Assembly (NCBI GenBank): GCA_041572475.1
Contig: JBFFSI010000005.1
Location: 475 to 64,474 of the forward strand
Reading direction: 5' to 3'
DNA: 64,000 bases
Source: Woeseiaceae bacterium
Lineage (GTDB): Bacteria > Pseudomonadota > Gammaproteobacteria > Steroidobacterales > Woeseiaceae
Below, piece after piece: positions 1 to 9,236 of the stretch. Each line of letters starts with the position of its first letter. Position 1 is the stretch's first letter. The position numbers were made by a program, and so were the translations under genes. The notes under the pieces were generated by a model. That model made no database searches and was not told where the DNA came from. It saw nothing but the letters and a program-made list of their open reading frames with translations.

Positions 1-2
1 CC

Positions 3-134
3 GGAGCGAGCGAGACCTTGCACCTGCACCGGGTCGACGGGCGCCTGCTGCTGCTGACCGCGGCGCAGCAGGCCGACTGGGAATCGTCCGGCCGCTATGA
101 TGATTGCGCGCTGACGCGCTCCAACGAAGAGTAA
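3..134 (+). CDS. 3' end of an upstream gene (partial, product unknown)
   Basis: The frame is open from the window edge to TAA at 132-134 (...LLLLTAAQQADWESSGRYDDCALTRSNEE*). Third codon positions are almost all G/C, as in the recognisable genes here. No family is assignable. Confidence 0.35.
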   Translation, partial: GASETLHLHRVDGRLLLLTAAQQADWESSGRYDDCALTRSNEE

Positions 135-146
135 ACGGAACCCACC

Positions 147-2135
147 ATGAATTTACGCAACCGGCTACTTGTGCTCGTCTGTCTCGGCCTGACGTCACCC
201 GCATTCGGTGCGGCCGTCGAGGGCATCACGCTGAGCCACTTCGAGCCGCTCGGCCGCCTCGAAATCGACGGCCTCGGCAGCGGCCAGCAGAAAGCCGGTC
301 TTGCTGGCCCGGTTGCATTGCGCTTCGATGCGCTCGGTCGAACTTTCGAACTGCAGCTCGAGCCGAACGCCAACCTGATGGCGGCGATGGACGGCGGGCA
401 AGGTTTCGGCGATGCGATTCCGTACCGCGGCAGGCTGCCGGGCGTCCAGGGATCGTGGGCCGCCGTGACCATCCGCAACGGCATGCCCGTGGGGCTGGTC
501 TTCGACGGCGAGGCGCTGTTTGCGCTCGAAGTGCCTGGCGATGCCCTCGTGGATACGAATTCGCCCATCGCCTATCGCCTCGCGGATGTCACGGTGGCAC
601 CCGGTGCCATGAGCTGCGCGACGGGTGCCGCGGCGGCCAGCGGATCGGCGATGTTCAAGGCCGTTGTCTCCGGACTCGATGCCGGTATCGCGCAGGCCCC
701 GGGCGCCGTCTCGGAGATTACGATCGGCGCGATCGGCGATGGCCCGTTTACGAGCGATAAGGGCGCGACGGCTGCCGCCGACATAGTGGCGCGCCTCAAC
801 ATCGTCGACGTCATCTTTAGCGAGCAGCTGGGCGTGCAAGTTCGCGTGCCCGTGATCGATATTTTCGACAGTACCGATGACCCGTTCACCAGCACGGGAG
901 ATCCGGGCCAGCTCCTCGACGAGGTCCGGAACTACCGTTTCGACACTGCCAGCCAGAGAAGCCAGGGCCTGACGCACCTCTATACCGGCCGCAACCTGGA
1001 CGGCACGACGGTCGGCATCGCCTACCAGGGTGCGCTGTGCAACAGCCGCTTCGGCGCGGGGCTCAGCGAGGGCCGGGGCAGCCCGAACTTCGACGCGCTG
1101 GTCGCGGCACACGAGATCGGTCACAATTTCGGCGCGCCGCACGACGGCGAGGCCGGTTCACCGTGCGAAAGTCAGACGGGCGACTGGCTGATGTCCCCGC
1201 GGGTCAACGGCAGTGACCAGTTCTCTGCCTGCAGCATCCAGCAGATGCAGGACGACATTGCCGCCGCCGCCTGTATCACCGCACTGCCCAGCACCGACAT
1301 CTCGCTGGCCTTCCGTGGTTCGACAGCCACGGCGCTCTTCGGCGGCACGGACAATGTCGTTGTCGATGTCGTCAATAATGGGACCGAGCCGTCCGTCAAC
1401 GTTGCCGTCGACATTTCGCTACCGAACAACGTGACGCTCAACTCCGCCACCAGCTCCGCCGGGGCCTGCCAAAGCGGCGCCGGTTCGGTGAGCTGCCAGC
1501 TGGGCAATGTCGCCGGCACTGCGGCCACCGAAATCGATCTCGAGATCACCGGTTCGGTAGTCGGCTCCGGCACGTTCAGCGCCACGGTTACGGCGAACGT
1601 CGACGACCAGGCTGGCAACAACCAGGATGCGCTGCAGCTGACCGTCGAACCCGCGGTGAATCTCGCGATCAATACCCCGCCGTCCAGCCAGGTAACGCTA
1701 AACGGGAGCACGACGCTGACAGTTACGTTGGACAATCGCGCGTCGCTTGACGCGACCGGCGTCACGCTTGGCATCGCCCTCAACGCCGGGCTGCGTGCAA
1801 ACTCGGCCAGCTGGTCGATCGGCAGCTGCACGGTCGCGGCGCAGCAGGTCGACTGCCAGGCCGGTCAATTCGACCGCCAGTCCAGCGCGTCCCTGACACT
1901 CAATGTGACCGGCGTTGCCGAGGGGAGCAAGAACTACACGGTGGCCCTGGCCTCGGCAGAGCCCGATACCGACGCCTCCGACAACAACGTGCGGGGCAGC
2001 GTCAGCGTCCGCACGGCAGGCGGTGGGGGCGGCGGTGACGACGAGGGCGGCGGCAGCGCGGGCTGGCTGCTGCTCACACTGCTCGCCGGACTGTCGACGC
2101 GCCGGGCGCCGCAGGTCAGGCGTCGAGCCGGTTGA
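147..2135 (+). CDS. Secreted reprolysin-like (metzincin) zinc metalloprotease with DUF11-type repeats and a GlyGly-CTERM-like sorting tail
   Basis: Signal peptide MNLRNRLLVLVCLGLTSPAFGA. Zinc motif HEIGHNFGAPHD (HExxHxxGxxHD). Two repeat modules of the NNGTEPS...LP...S.GAC type. C-terminus GGGGGGDDEGGGSAGWLLLTLLAGLSTRR (Gly run, hydrophobic helix, basic tail). Confidence 0.85.
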   Translation: MNLRNRLLVLVCLGLTSPAFGAAVEGITLSHFEPLGRLEIDGLGSGQQKAGLAGPVALRFDALGRTFELQLEPNANLMAAMDGGQGFGDAIPYRGRLPGVQGSWAAVTIRNGMPVGLVFDGEALFALEVPGDALVDTNSPIAYRLADVTVAPGAMSCATGAAAASGSAMFKAVVSGLDAGIAQAPGAVSEITIGAIGDGPFTSDKGATAAADIVARLNIVDVIFSEQLGVQVRVPVIDIFDSTDDPFTSTGDPGQLLDEVRNYRFDTASQRSQGLTHLYTGRNLDGTTVGIAYQGALCNSRFGAGLSEGRGSPNFDALVAAHEIGHNFGAPHDGEAGSPCESQTGDWLMSPRVNGSDQFSACSIQQMQDDIAAAACITALPSTDISLAFRGSTATALFGGTDNVVVDVVNNGTEPSVNVAVDISLPNNVTLNSATSSAGACQSGAGSVSCQLGNVAGTAATEIDLEITGSVVGSGTFSATVTANVDDQAGNNQDALQLTVEPAVNLAINTPPSSQVTLNGSTTLTVTLDNRASLDATGVTLGIALNAGLRANSASWSIGSCTVAAQQVDCQAGQFDRQSSASLTLNVTGVAEGSKNYTVALASAEPDTDASDNNVRGSVSVRTAGGGGGGDDEGGGSAGWLLLTLLAGLSTRRAPQVRRRAG

Positions 2136-4146
2136 CGCCGGCGATATCGGGCGCCACCTCGGCGTAGTGGCTGAACTCCATATCGAAGCTGCCGTCCCCG
2201 CCCGACAGGGACTTCAGGCGCGAGTGATAGCCCTGTAGTTCCTTCAGCGGGGCCTGCCCGGAGATCTGCAGTCGGTTGGCAGACAAGGTCTCCGTGCCGC
2301 TGACGATGCCGCGCATCGACGACAGGTCGCCGGCCACACCGCCGGCGCAGTCGCTCGGAATCGTAAACGTGACGTTGACAATCGGCTCCATCAGCACGGG
2401 CCGCGCCTGCTTGACCGCATCGAGAAACGCTTTCTTGCCTGCCTGGACGAAGGCGATTTCCTTCGAGTCCACGGAGTGGTGTTTGCCGTCGTAGACAATC
2501 ACCTTGACGTCCTGCATCGGGAAGCCGAAGGTCGCGCCGGCTTCCATGATCTGGCGAACGCCGGTCTCGACGGCGGGGATGAAGCCTGACGGAATCGCGC
2601 CGCCGACCACCTCGCTCTTGAACTCGAAACCTCCGCCTTCGGGTAGCGGCTCGACGCGCAGGTAGACCTCGCCGAACTGGCCGGCGCCGCCGGTCTGTTT
2701 CTTGTGGCGATGATGGCCTTCGGCCCGCGCCTTGATGGTCTCCCGGTAAGCGATTGACGGTTCCGCCGTCTGGATCTCCAGGTTGTAGCGGTCCTTGATC
2801 TGCTCGAGGACGCTGCGCAAGTGCAGCTCTCCGTGTCCTCGCAGTACGACCTCGTTGAGTGAGGCGATGTGTTCGACGGTCAGCGACGGGTCTTCCGCCT
2901 CGGCCGTGTGCAGCGCATCCGATGTCTTCTGCGCGTCCGCATCATTGGACGGCTTGATGGCCAGTCCGTACATGGGACGCGGCAGGTCGATGGATTTCAG
3001 GTGGAAATGATCTTCGTCGTGCGAGTCGTGCAAGACGGCGTCATAGTGGGCCTCGTCCACACGCGGGATTGCGCAGATATCGCCAGGCACCCCGGCATCC
3101 GCCTTGACGTGTTCGGCGCCATTGAGTTTCAGCAGCTGGCTGACCTTGATCGGCTTGCGCGCGTCGCCAACATAGAGCTGGTTGCCGGGTCTGATCGTGC
3201 CCTGGTGGATGCGGAACACGCCCAGCCGGCCCTTGAACGGGTCGATCTCGATCTTGAAGACGTGCGCGATGGCATGCGCGTCCGGCTCCGCCGTGATCGA
3301 CGCTTTCTTGGCGTTCTCGCCTTCGCCTTTCAGGAACACGGGCGGGTTGCCTTCCATCGGGTTGGGCATCAGGTGCTCGAAGATGTTAAGCAGCTGCTTG
3401 ATGCCTGCGCCTGTCTCGGCCGAGACGAAGCATACGGGCACCAGGTGCTCGTCGCGCAACGCCTGTTCGAATGGATCGTGCAGCTGCTCGGGAGCCAGCT
3501 CCTCGCCCTGCTCCAGGTAAAGTTCCATCAGCTCCTCGTCCAGCTCCACCACCTGGTCGACGATCTGGGTGTGTGCCGACTTGACGTCGCTGAATGCAGT
3601 CTCGGCGCCCTCCAGCTGGAAGAAGCAGTCGACCACGGCCTTGCCGTCTGCAGAGGGCAGGTTGAGCGGCAGGCACTCGCTGCCGAAGGCATCGCGGATG
3701 TCAGCGAGCAATGACTCGAGGTTAACGCCCTCGGCGTCGATCTTGTTGACGATGATCATGCGACAAAGCCGCTGCTTGTGAGCGGCTTTCATCATGCGTC
3801 TGGCGACTTCCTCGATTCCCGCCTGGGCGTTGATCACGACTGCAGCCGTTTCGGCAGCGGGAAGCACCGATAGAGAGCGGGCGTAAAAATCCCTGTATCC
3901 CGGCGTGTCGATCAGGTTGACGTGTATGCCCCCGTGATCCAGGTGGCACACGGACGTGAACTGGGAATGGCCCTCGGCGCGCTCGGCCGCCGCGTAGTCG
4001 GACACGGTCGTACCCTTGATGACCGACCCCATTTCCTTGATCGCTCCGCCGGCGTGCAATAGCGCCTCGGTGAGCTGGGTCTTGCCGGCGCCGCTCGGGC
4101 CTACAAGACACACGTTACGTATATCGCAGGAGTTGTACCCCATCAC
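2116..4146 (-). CDS. Elongation factor G-like GTPase paralogue (divergent G domain)
   Basis: 676 aa with EF-G five-domain length and C-terminal similarity. G1 is GPSGAGKT, G3 is DTPGYRDF (Tyr where EF-G/EF-Tu have the catalytic His) and G4 is NKID. Its 3' end overlaps the convergent protease gene by 20 nt. Confidence 0.85.
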   Translation of the reverse strand: MMGYNSCDIRNVCLVGPSGAGKTQLTEALLHAGGAIKEMGSVIKGTTVSDYAAAERAEGHSQFTSVCHLDHGGIHVNLIDTPGYRDFYARSLSVLPAAETAAVVINAQAGIEEVARRMMKAAHKQRLCRMIIVNKIDAEGVNLESLLADIRDAFGSECLPLNLPSADGKAVVDCFFQLEGAETAFSDVKSAHTQIVDQVVELDEELMELYLEQGEELAPEQLHDPFEQALRDEHLVPVCFVSAETGAGIKQLLNIFEHLMPNPMEGNPPVFLKGEGENAKKASITAEPDAHAIAHVFKIEIDPFKGRLGVFRIHQGTIRPGNQLYVGDARKPIKVSQLLKLNGAEHVKADAGVPGDICAIPRVDEAHYDAVLHDSHDEDHFHLKSIDLPRPMYGLAIKPSNDADAQKTSDALHTAEAEDPSLTVEHIASLNEVVLRGHGELHLRSVLEQIKDRYNLEIQTAEPSIAYRETIKARAEGHHRHKKQTGGAGQFGEVYLRVEPLPEGGGFEFKSEVVGGAIPSGFIPAVETGVRQIMEAGATFGFPMQDVKVIVYDGKHHSVDSKEIAFVQAGKKAFLDAVKQARPVLMEPIVNVTFTIPSDCAGGVAGDLSSMRGIVSGTETLSANRLQISGQAPLKELQGYHSRLKSLSGGDGSFDMEFSHYAEVAPDIAGVNRLDA

Positions 4147-4197
4147 TGATTCCTCTCAACTTATCGTTTTCTTTGAATAATAACGCCTCGCCGCGGC

Positions 4198-5841
4198 TTA
4201 CGCATAATGCGGGTAGACCGGCTGGTACATGTAGTCGTGAATATCCGCGCGGATATCCGCGGATTCTTCCTTGCCGGCAAGCCCCTGGTCGTAGGCAATC
4301 GTGGCGACGTCGTAAGCGATATGTGCGGAAACCTGGCGGATCCGGCTGAGTGACGGGTATATCCGTCCACGCTCCAGGTCCGATTCGGTGACCAGGCCAG
4401 CAAGCGATTTCGCGGCTGCCAGGAACATCTCGTCCGTAATCTTGCGCGCCCGGCTGACAATTGCCCCGAGGCCGACACCGGGGAAGATGTAGGCATTATT
4501 GCCCTGGCCCGGGATAAAGGTCTCGTTGCCCAGCTTGACGGGGTCAAAAGGACTGCCGCTCGCGAATACTGCGCGGCCGTTGGTCCAGGCGTAGGCCTGC
4601 TCGGCCGTGCACTCGGCCTGTGATGTCGGGTTCGAGAGCGCAAATATGATCGGCCGTTCGTTGATATCAGCCATGGCCTCGAGGATGTCCTTCGTGAAGG
4701 TCTGCGGCTGGCCGGAGAGGCCGAGAATGGCCGTGGGCTCCAGCGTACGAACGGCCTCCAGGAAGTCTCCCGTGTAGGGGTGGTCGTGCGCATACGGGCG
4801 CTTGTGCTCCGCGATATTGTCGCGGCCCGAGACCAGCAGGCCCCTGGAATCGACGAACCAGCAACGCTGGCGCGCTTCTTCGGCCGGGATCCCTTGCTCG
4901 ACCAGCGCGGCGACGAACACGTCGGCGGTGCCGATGCCGGCCTCGCCGGCCCCGAGGAACAGGATCTTCTGCTCCAACAGCTTGCCGCCCGTGATACGCA
5001 TTGCGGCGATGATGCCCGCAACGGCGACGGCACCGGTGCCCTGGATATCATCGTCGAACAGGCAGACGCGGTCCCGGTACTTGTCGAGCAGCCGGAATGC
5101 ATTGGTATTGCCGAAGTCCTCCAGCTGGATGAGGATGCCCGGGAAGGTCTCCTCTGCCGCGGTGATGAATTCCTCGACCAGTTCGTCGTAGGCTGCGCCG
5201 CGCTGGCGCCGGCGCTCCAGCCCGTTGTAAAGCGGATCATTCAGGAGCTTCTCGTTATTGGTGCCGACATCGAGCATCACAGGCATGCAGTGGGTCGGCG
5301 GGATGCCGGCGCAGGCGGTGTAGAGCGCCAGTTTGCCGATCGGGATGCCCATGCCATCGGCGCCCAGGTCGCCAAGCCCCAGAATGCGCTCGCCGTCTGT
5401 CACGACGATGATCCTGGTATCTTTGTGCGGCCAGTTCCGCATGATCTCCCTGACACGACCCCGGTCGTGCAGGGATACGTAAAAGCCACGCGACTGCCGA
5501 AAGATATGCTGAAACTCCTGGCAGGCCTTGCCGACCGTGGGGGTATAGATGATCGGCATCATCTCCTCGATATGGTTCATGATGACGCGGTAGAACAGCG
5601 TCTCGTTGCGGTCCTGCAACGCCACGAGGTAGAGGTAGCGCTCGAGATCCGTCGGCTTGTCGCGAACGTTGCCGAGCACGCGTAATTCCTGCTCGGCGGG
5701 GGAGTGGACGCGTGGCGGCAACAGGCCCCTCAGCTTGAGATAGTCGCGTTCTGCTTCGGTGTAAGCCGTGCCCTTGTTGCGCACGGGGTCATGGAGAATC
5801 TTGACACCCAGGTAAGGCGATGGAGCCGATTGGTCGTTCAC
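4198..5841 (-). CDS. NAD(P)-dependent malic enzyme
   Basis: Motifs NKGTAYTEAERDYLKLRGLLPP, ILGLGDLGADGMGIPIGKL, FLGAGEAGIG (Rossmann) and IFALSNPTSQAECT. The preferred start is GTG at 5841, preceded by AAGGA 8 nt upstream. The ORF stays open to ATG 5958, but that extension looks non-coding. Confidence 0.88.
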   Translation of the reverse strand: MNDQSAPSPYLGVKILHDPVRNKGTAYTEAERDYLKLRGLLPPRVHSPAEQELRVLGNVRDKPTDLERYLYLVALQDRNETLFYRVIMNHIEEMMPIIYTPTVGKACQEFQHIFRQSRGFYVSLHDRGRVREIMRNWPHKDTRIIVVTDGERILGLGDLGADGMGIPIGKLALYTACAGIPPTHCMPVMLDVGTNNEKLLNDPLYNGLERRRQRGAAYDELVEEFITAAEETFPGILIQLEDFGNTNAFRLLDKYRDRVCLFDDDIQGTGAVAVAGIIAAMRITGGKLLEQKILFLGAGEAGIGTADVFVAALVEQGIPAEEARQRCWFVDSRGLLVSGRDNIAEHKRPYAHDHPYTGDFLEAVRTLEPTAILGLSGQPQTFTKDILEAMADINERPIIFALSNPTSQAECTAEQAYAWTNGRAVFASGSPFDPVKLGNETFIPGQGNNAYIFPGVGLGAIVSRARKITDEMFLAAAKSLAGLVTESDLERGRIYPSLSRIRQVSAHIAYDVATIAYDQGLAGKEESADIRADIHDYMYQPVYPHYA

Positions 5842-5950
5842 TTTGGCGGTCCTTTGGAACAGAGCCTGATAACCGCAAAATACGACCCCTCGCAGCCTGT
5901 TTAAATGCCGGAATTCACCTAGATGCATAGGCTCGCGAGCGTCCCGGCTT

Positions 5951-5970
5951 CGGTTCATGCGTATGAACCG
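5951..5970. promoter_or_regulatory. Perfect 8-bp inverted repeat CGGTTCAT-GCGT-ATGAACCG in a divergent promoter region
   Basis: Read directly: 5951-5958 is the reverse complement of 5963-5970. It lies between the malic enzyme start and the cNMP-binding protein start. The TTCAT-N4-ATGAA core resembles Crp/Fnr-family half-site geometry. Confidence 0.35.
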
Positions 5971-6014
5971 GCAGCCGCTTCGATGCTAGGATGCCTGCTA
6001 CAAGGAGCGCTGGT

Positions 6015-6494
6015 ATGAATGACCTGTCCCACCTGGTAATGAACTCGTCCCTCGGATCCGAGCTGACGACGGAAGAGGCCACGATCCTCGCGCGCACGAT
6101 GGCGTCGCGAGTCCTCGGCGACGGCGACTTCCTGATCACCGAGGGCGACAACGATGATGCCCTGCACGTGCTCCTGGACGGCAAGCTCGAAGTGGTGAAG
6201 CGGACTGGCGCAGGCGAAGAGGCCAGTCTCGGAGTGCTCCGCGAGGGAGACCTCGCCGGCGAGCTGAGTTTCGTAGACGGGCACGCGCACACGGTGGCGC
6301 TGAGGGCGCTCTGTTCGACGACGCTGCTCAGCCTGACGAGGGAGGACTTCGAGGCCCTGGTCGACGAAAATCCCAGGCTCGTTTACAAGGTCATGCGCTC
6401 GGTCGCCCGCTCGGCCCACAAGATCATGCATCGAATGAATGCCGAATTCATCGAGCTCTCCAACTACATTTTCAAGCAGCACGGCCGCTACTGA
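6015..6494 (+). CDS. Stand-alone cyclic-nucleotide-binding domain protein (no DNA-binding domain)
   Basis: cNMP-binding beta-roll signature FLITEGDNDDALHVLLDGKLEVVKR...REGDLAGELSFVDG...RTA-like segment. AAGGAG at 6002-6007 lies 7 nt before ATG 6015. At 159 aa it is too short for a Crp-type HTH. Confidence 0.7.
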   Translation: MNDLSHLVMNSSLGSELTTEEATILARTMASRVLGDGDFLITEGDNDDALHVLLDGKLEVVKRTGAGEEASLGVLREGDLAGELSFVDGHAHTVALRALCSTTLLSLTREDFEALVDENPRLVYKVMRSVARSAHKIMHRMNAEFIELSNYIFKQHGRY

Positions 6495-6595
6495 TCGGCC
6501 CAGGCACCTGATACGCCTGCCGCAGGCTGACGGCAGCGATAAAATTCGTGCTACAGTCCCCGGCGTCCTCTGCGCACTAGAAGAACAACCCATTT

Positions 6596-7888
6596 ATGAA
6601 TCGAAAGAATCTGCTGGACAGCAGAAAGGGGCGGCTTACGACTTTCGGCCTGCTCTATGTCTCGGAAGGGATTCCCTACGGCTTCACATCGGTCGCCATG
6701 GTGACCTTCATGCGCACGGCCGGGATCTCGCTGGAGCAGATCGGAATATTCGTCGCGGCGCTGTTCATACCGTGGTCGTTCAAGTTCGCCTGGGCGCCGC
6801 TCATCGACCTCGTCAAGCTGAACCGGCTCGGCGGCCGCAAGGCCTGGATCATGGGCTGCCTCGTGATGATGATCGTGACCCTCGTCGTGACGGCGCTGGT
6901 CGATTTCCAGAACGATTTCCGCTTGCTGCTGGCCATGGTTGTCCTCAACAACATGTTCTGCGCGACCCAGGACGTGGCCATCGACTCATTGGCGGTCAGC
7001 ACGCTCAAGCCGGACGAGCGCGCCAGCGGCAACGGCTTCATGTTCGGCGGGCAGTACTCCGGGATTGCGATGGGTGGCGGTGGCGCCGTCTTCGTGTTCG
7101 GCATCTGGGGATTCAACGCCGCCCTGTTCTACATCAGCGCCCTGCAGCTCGTCTGCCTGCTGTTCGTCCTGTTCTTTGTCAGGGATCCGCGCGCGGCGGA
7201 GCCGACGACGCCGCACGTGGGGAGTATCGTGCTGCATTTTCTGCGCACGCTGCGGGAATTCCTGTGGGAGGTCTACACGAGCTTCATGAAGTCGGGCAGG
7301 AGCCCCAGGATCGGGCTGCTGTTCTCCTTAATGCCTATCGGTGCCCTGGTGCTGGGCTACGCGGCCCTGACGACCATCCAGGTCGACTACGGTTTTAGCG
7401 AAATGCAGATTGCCCGTACCAGTGCGCTGAACACGATCGCCGGCGCCATCGGCTGCGTCGTCGGCGGCCTGCTGGCCGATCGCTTCGGGATGCGGCGCAT
7501 GCTGGGGCTGTATTACCTGCTCTCGGCACTGCCCGGGCTGGTCCTCGCCACTTACATTTCCAACTTCGGCCTCGCCGGCGTTCCGATCGAAGTCATCTAC
7601 GCGACGCTGATCGGTCACGGCTTCCTGTACGGGCTGTCGTTCGGCGTCCACGCCGCGATCTTCATGGGGATGACCAACCCCGCGGTGGCCGCCACCCAGT
7701 TCACGGCCTTCATGGCGATGAGCAACGTCGCGATCAGCTACACGAACTACTGGCAGGGGGTGATCGCCGAGCGGTTCGACTACGCATTGGTCCTGTACGT
7801 CGACGCCCTGTTGATCATCTTGCCGCTGTTCCTCATTCCCTTCCTGCGCTCGCGTGAAGAGGACATGGCCCTGGCCACGAGTTCGTAG
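6596..7888 (+). CDS. MFS transporter (AmpG / folate-biopterin-like subfamily)
   Basis: About 12 predicted hydrophobic helices. The N-terminal LLYVSEGIPYGFTSVAMVTFMR...PWSFKFAWAPLIDL is typical of AmpG/BT1-type MFS proteins. Confidence 0.75.
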   Translation: MNRKNLLDSRKGRLTTFGLLYVSEGIPYGFTSVAMVTFMRTAGISLEQIGIFVAALFIPWSFKFAWAPLIDLVKLNRLGGRKAWIMGCLVMMIVTLVVTALVDFQNDFRLLLAMVVLNNMFCATQDVAIDSLAVSTLKPDERASGNGFMFGGQYSGIAMGGGGAVFVFGIWGFNAALFYISALQLVCLLFVLFFVRDPRAAEPTTPHVGSIVLHFLRTLREFLWEVYTSFMKSGRSPRIGLLFSLMPIGALVLGYAALTTIQVDYGFSEMQIARTSALNTIAGAIGCVVGGLLADRFGMRRMLGLYYLLSALPGLVLATYISNFGLAGVPIEVIYATLIGHGFLYGLSFGVHAAIFMGMTNPAVAATQFTAFMAMSNVAISYTNYWQGVIAERFDYALVLYVDALLIILPLFLIPFLRSREEDMALATSS

Positions 7889-7967
7889 ATCTACGAATGT
7901 AATAGTATCGCCTGCAACCTTATAAACGGGGTACGGCCAGATATGCCTTTGCGCCGGGAGGCCAGTT

Positions 7968-9206
7968 ATGAATGGGCGAAACCCTATCGAAGCACTCGCG
8001 CACCTGCGCCACGAATTCGGTGAGCATGGCGGCGTCAACATGTCGATCGAGGCAAGCTCGACGTTCACCGTGATGGAGCCGGGCACGATGCCCGCCATAT
8101 TCCAGGGACTGAAGGGCCACGAGGCCGGCTGCTACCTGTACGGGCGGCACTTCAACCCGACCGTCTACAACCTGGGGCTGCAGCTCGCAGCGCTCGAGGG
8201 CACCGACGCGGCCTACTGCACGGCCAGCGGCATGGGTGCGATCGCGTCGACCGTGCTGGCGCTGTGCAAGGCAGGCAGCCACGTCGTCGCATCTCACGCC
8301 GTCTACGGCGGCACCTATGCGCTGCTGCACGATCTCCTCAGCGAGAAGTGCGGCATCGAGACGACCTTCGTCGACATCACTGACCTCGAGGCGGTACGTG
8401 CGGCCATCACCGACAAGACCACGATGGTCTACACGGAGAGCGTGGCCAACCCGACGCTGCGCGTCGCGAACATCCCGGCGCTGGCGGACATCGCGCACGA
8501 GGCAGGCGCGCAGCTCGTCGTCGATAACACGTTCAGCCCTCTGATCCTCAGCCCGGCAGCGCTCGGCGCCGACGTGGTCGTCCACAGCATCACCAAGTTC
8601 ATCAGCGGCATGTCCGACGTAATCGCGGGCGCCGTCTGCGGCACTTGCGAGTTCATCGAGTCGCTGATGGACCTCCACACGGGCCCGCTGATGCTGCTCG
8701 GGCCGACGATGGACCCGATGGTTGCTTCGAAGCTCAGCCTGCGGATCCCGCACCTGCCCGCGCGTATGAGCGCGCACGGCGAAAGGGCAATGGCCCTCTC
8801 GGAACGGTTATGCGAAAAGGGCATCCGGGTCAATTACCCGGGCCTCGAGCAGCATCCGGACAAGGCGCTGTTCGATGAGCTCCGTTGTCCGGACTACGGC
8901 TACGGCGGCGTCATGACGATCGATTTGGGCAACGAGGCGGCGGCGAACGCACTCATGGAGACTTTGCAGAACCGCTACCGCTTCGGCTTCATGGCCGTCA
9001 GCCTCGGCTACTTCGACACGCTCATGTCGTGCTCGGGTTCGAGCACGTCGAGCGAACTCACGGACGAGGACAAGACGGCAGCCGGCATCAGCCCGGGACT
9101 CATCAGGCTGTCCATCGGTTACACCGGCACGCTCGAGCAGCGCTGGCATCAGCTGTATTCGGCGCTGCAGGATTGCGGTCATTTGCCGGCGCGTCGCCGG
9201 GCCTGA
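7968..9206 (+). CDS. Cys/Met-metabolism PLP-dependent enzyme, methionine gamma-lyase-like (plant-type)
   Basis: GEHGGVNMSIEASSTFTVMEP...YGRHFNPTV...AYCTASGM...VYTESVANPTL...VVDNTF. PLP-lysine segment HSITKFISGMSDVIAG. From memory it is strongly reminiscent of plant MGL. Confidence 0.75.
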   Translation: MNGRNPIEALAHLRHEFGEHGGVNMSIEASSTFTVMEPGTMPAIFQGLKGHEAGCYLYGRHFNPTVYNLGLQLAALEGTDAAYCTASGMGAIASTVLALCKAGSHVVASHAVYGGTYALLHDLLSEKCGIETTFVDITDLEAVRAAITDKTTMVYTESVANPTLRVANIPALADIAHEAGAQLVVDNTFSPLILSPAALGADVVVHSITKFISGMSDVIAGAVCGTCEFIESLMDLHTGPLMLLGPTMDPMVASKLSLRIPHLPARMSAHGERAMALSERLCEKGIRVNYPGLEQHPDKALFDELRCPDYGYGGVMTIDLGNEAAANALMETLQNRYRFGFMAVSLGYFDTLMSCSGSSTSSELTDEDKTAAGISPGLIRLSIGYTGTLEQRWHQLYSALQDCGHLPARRRA

Positions 9207-9236
9207 AGCCCCACCAGTTACCCAGGGGAGAGTTGT

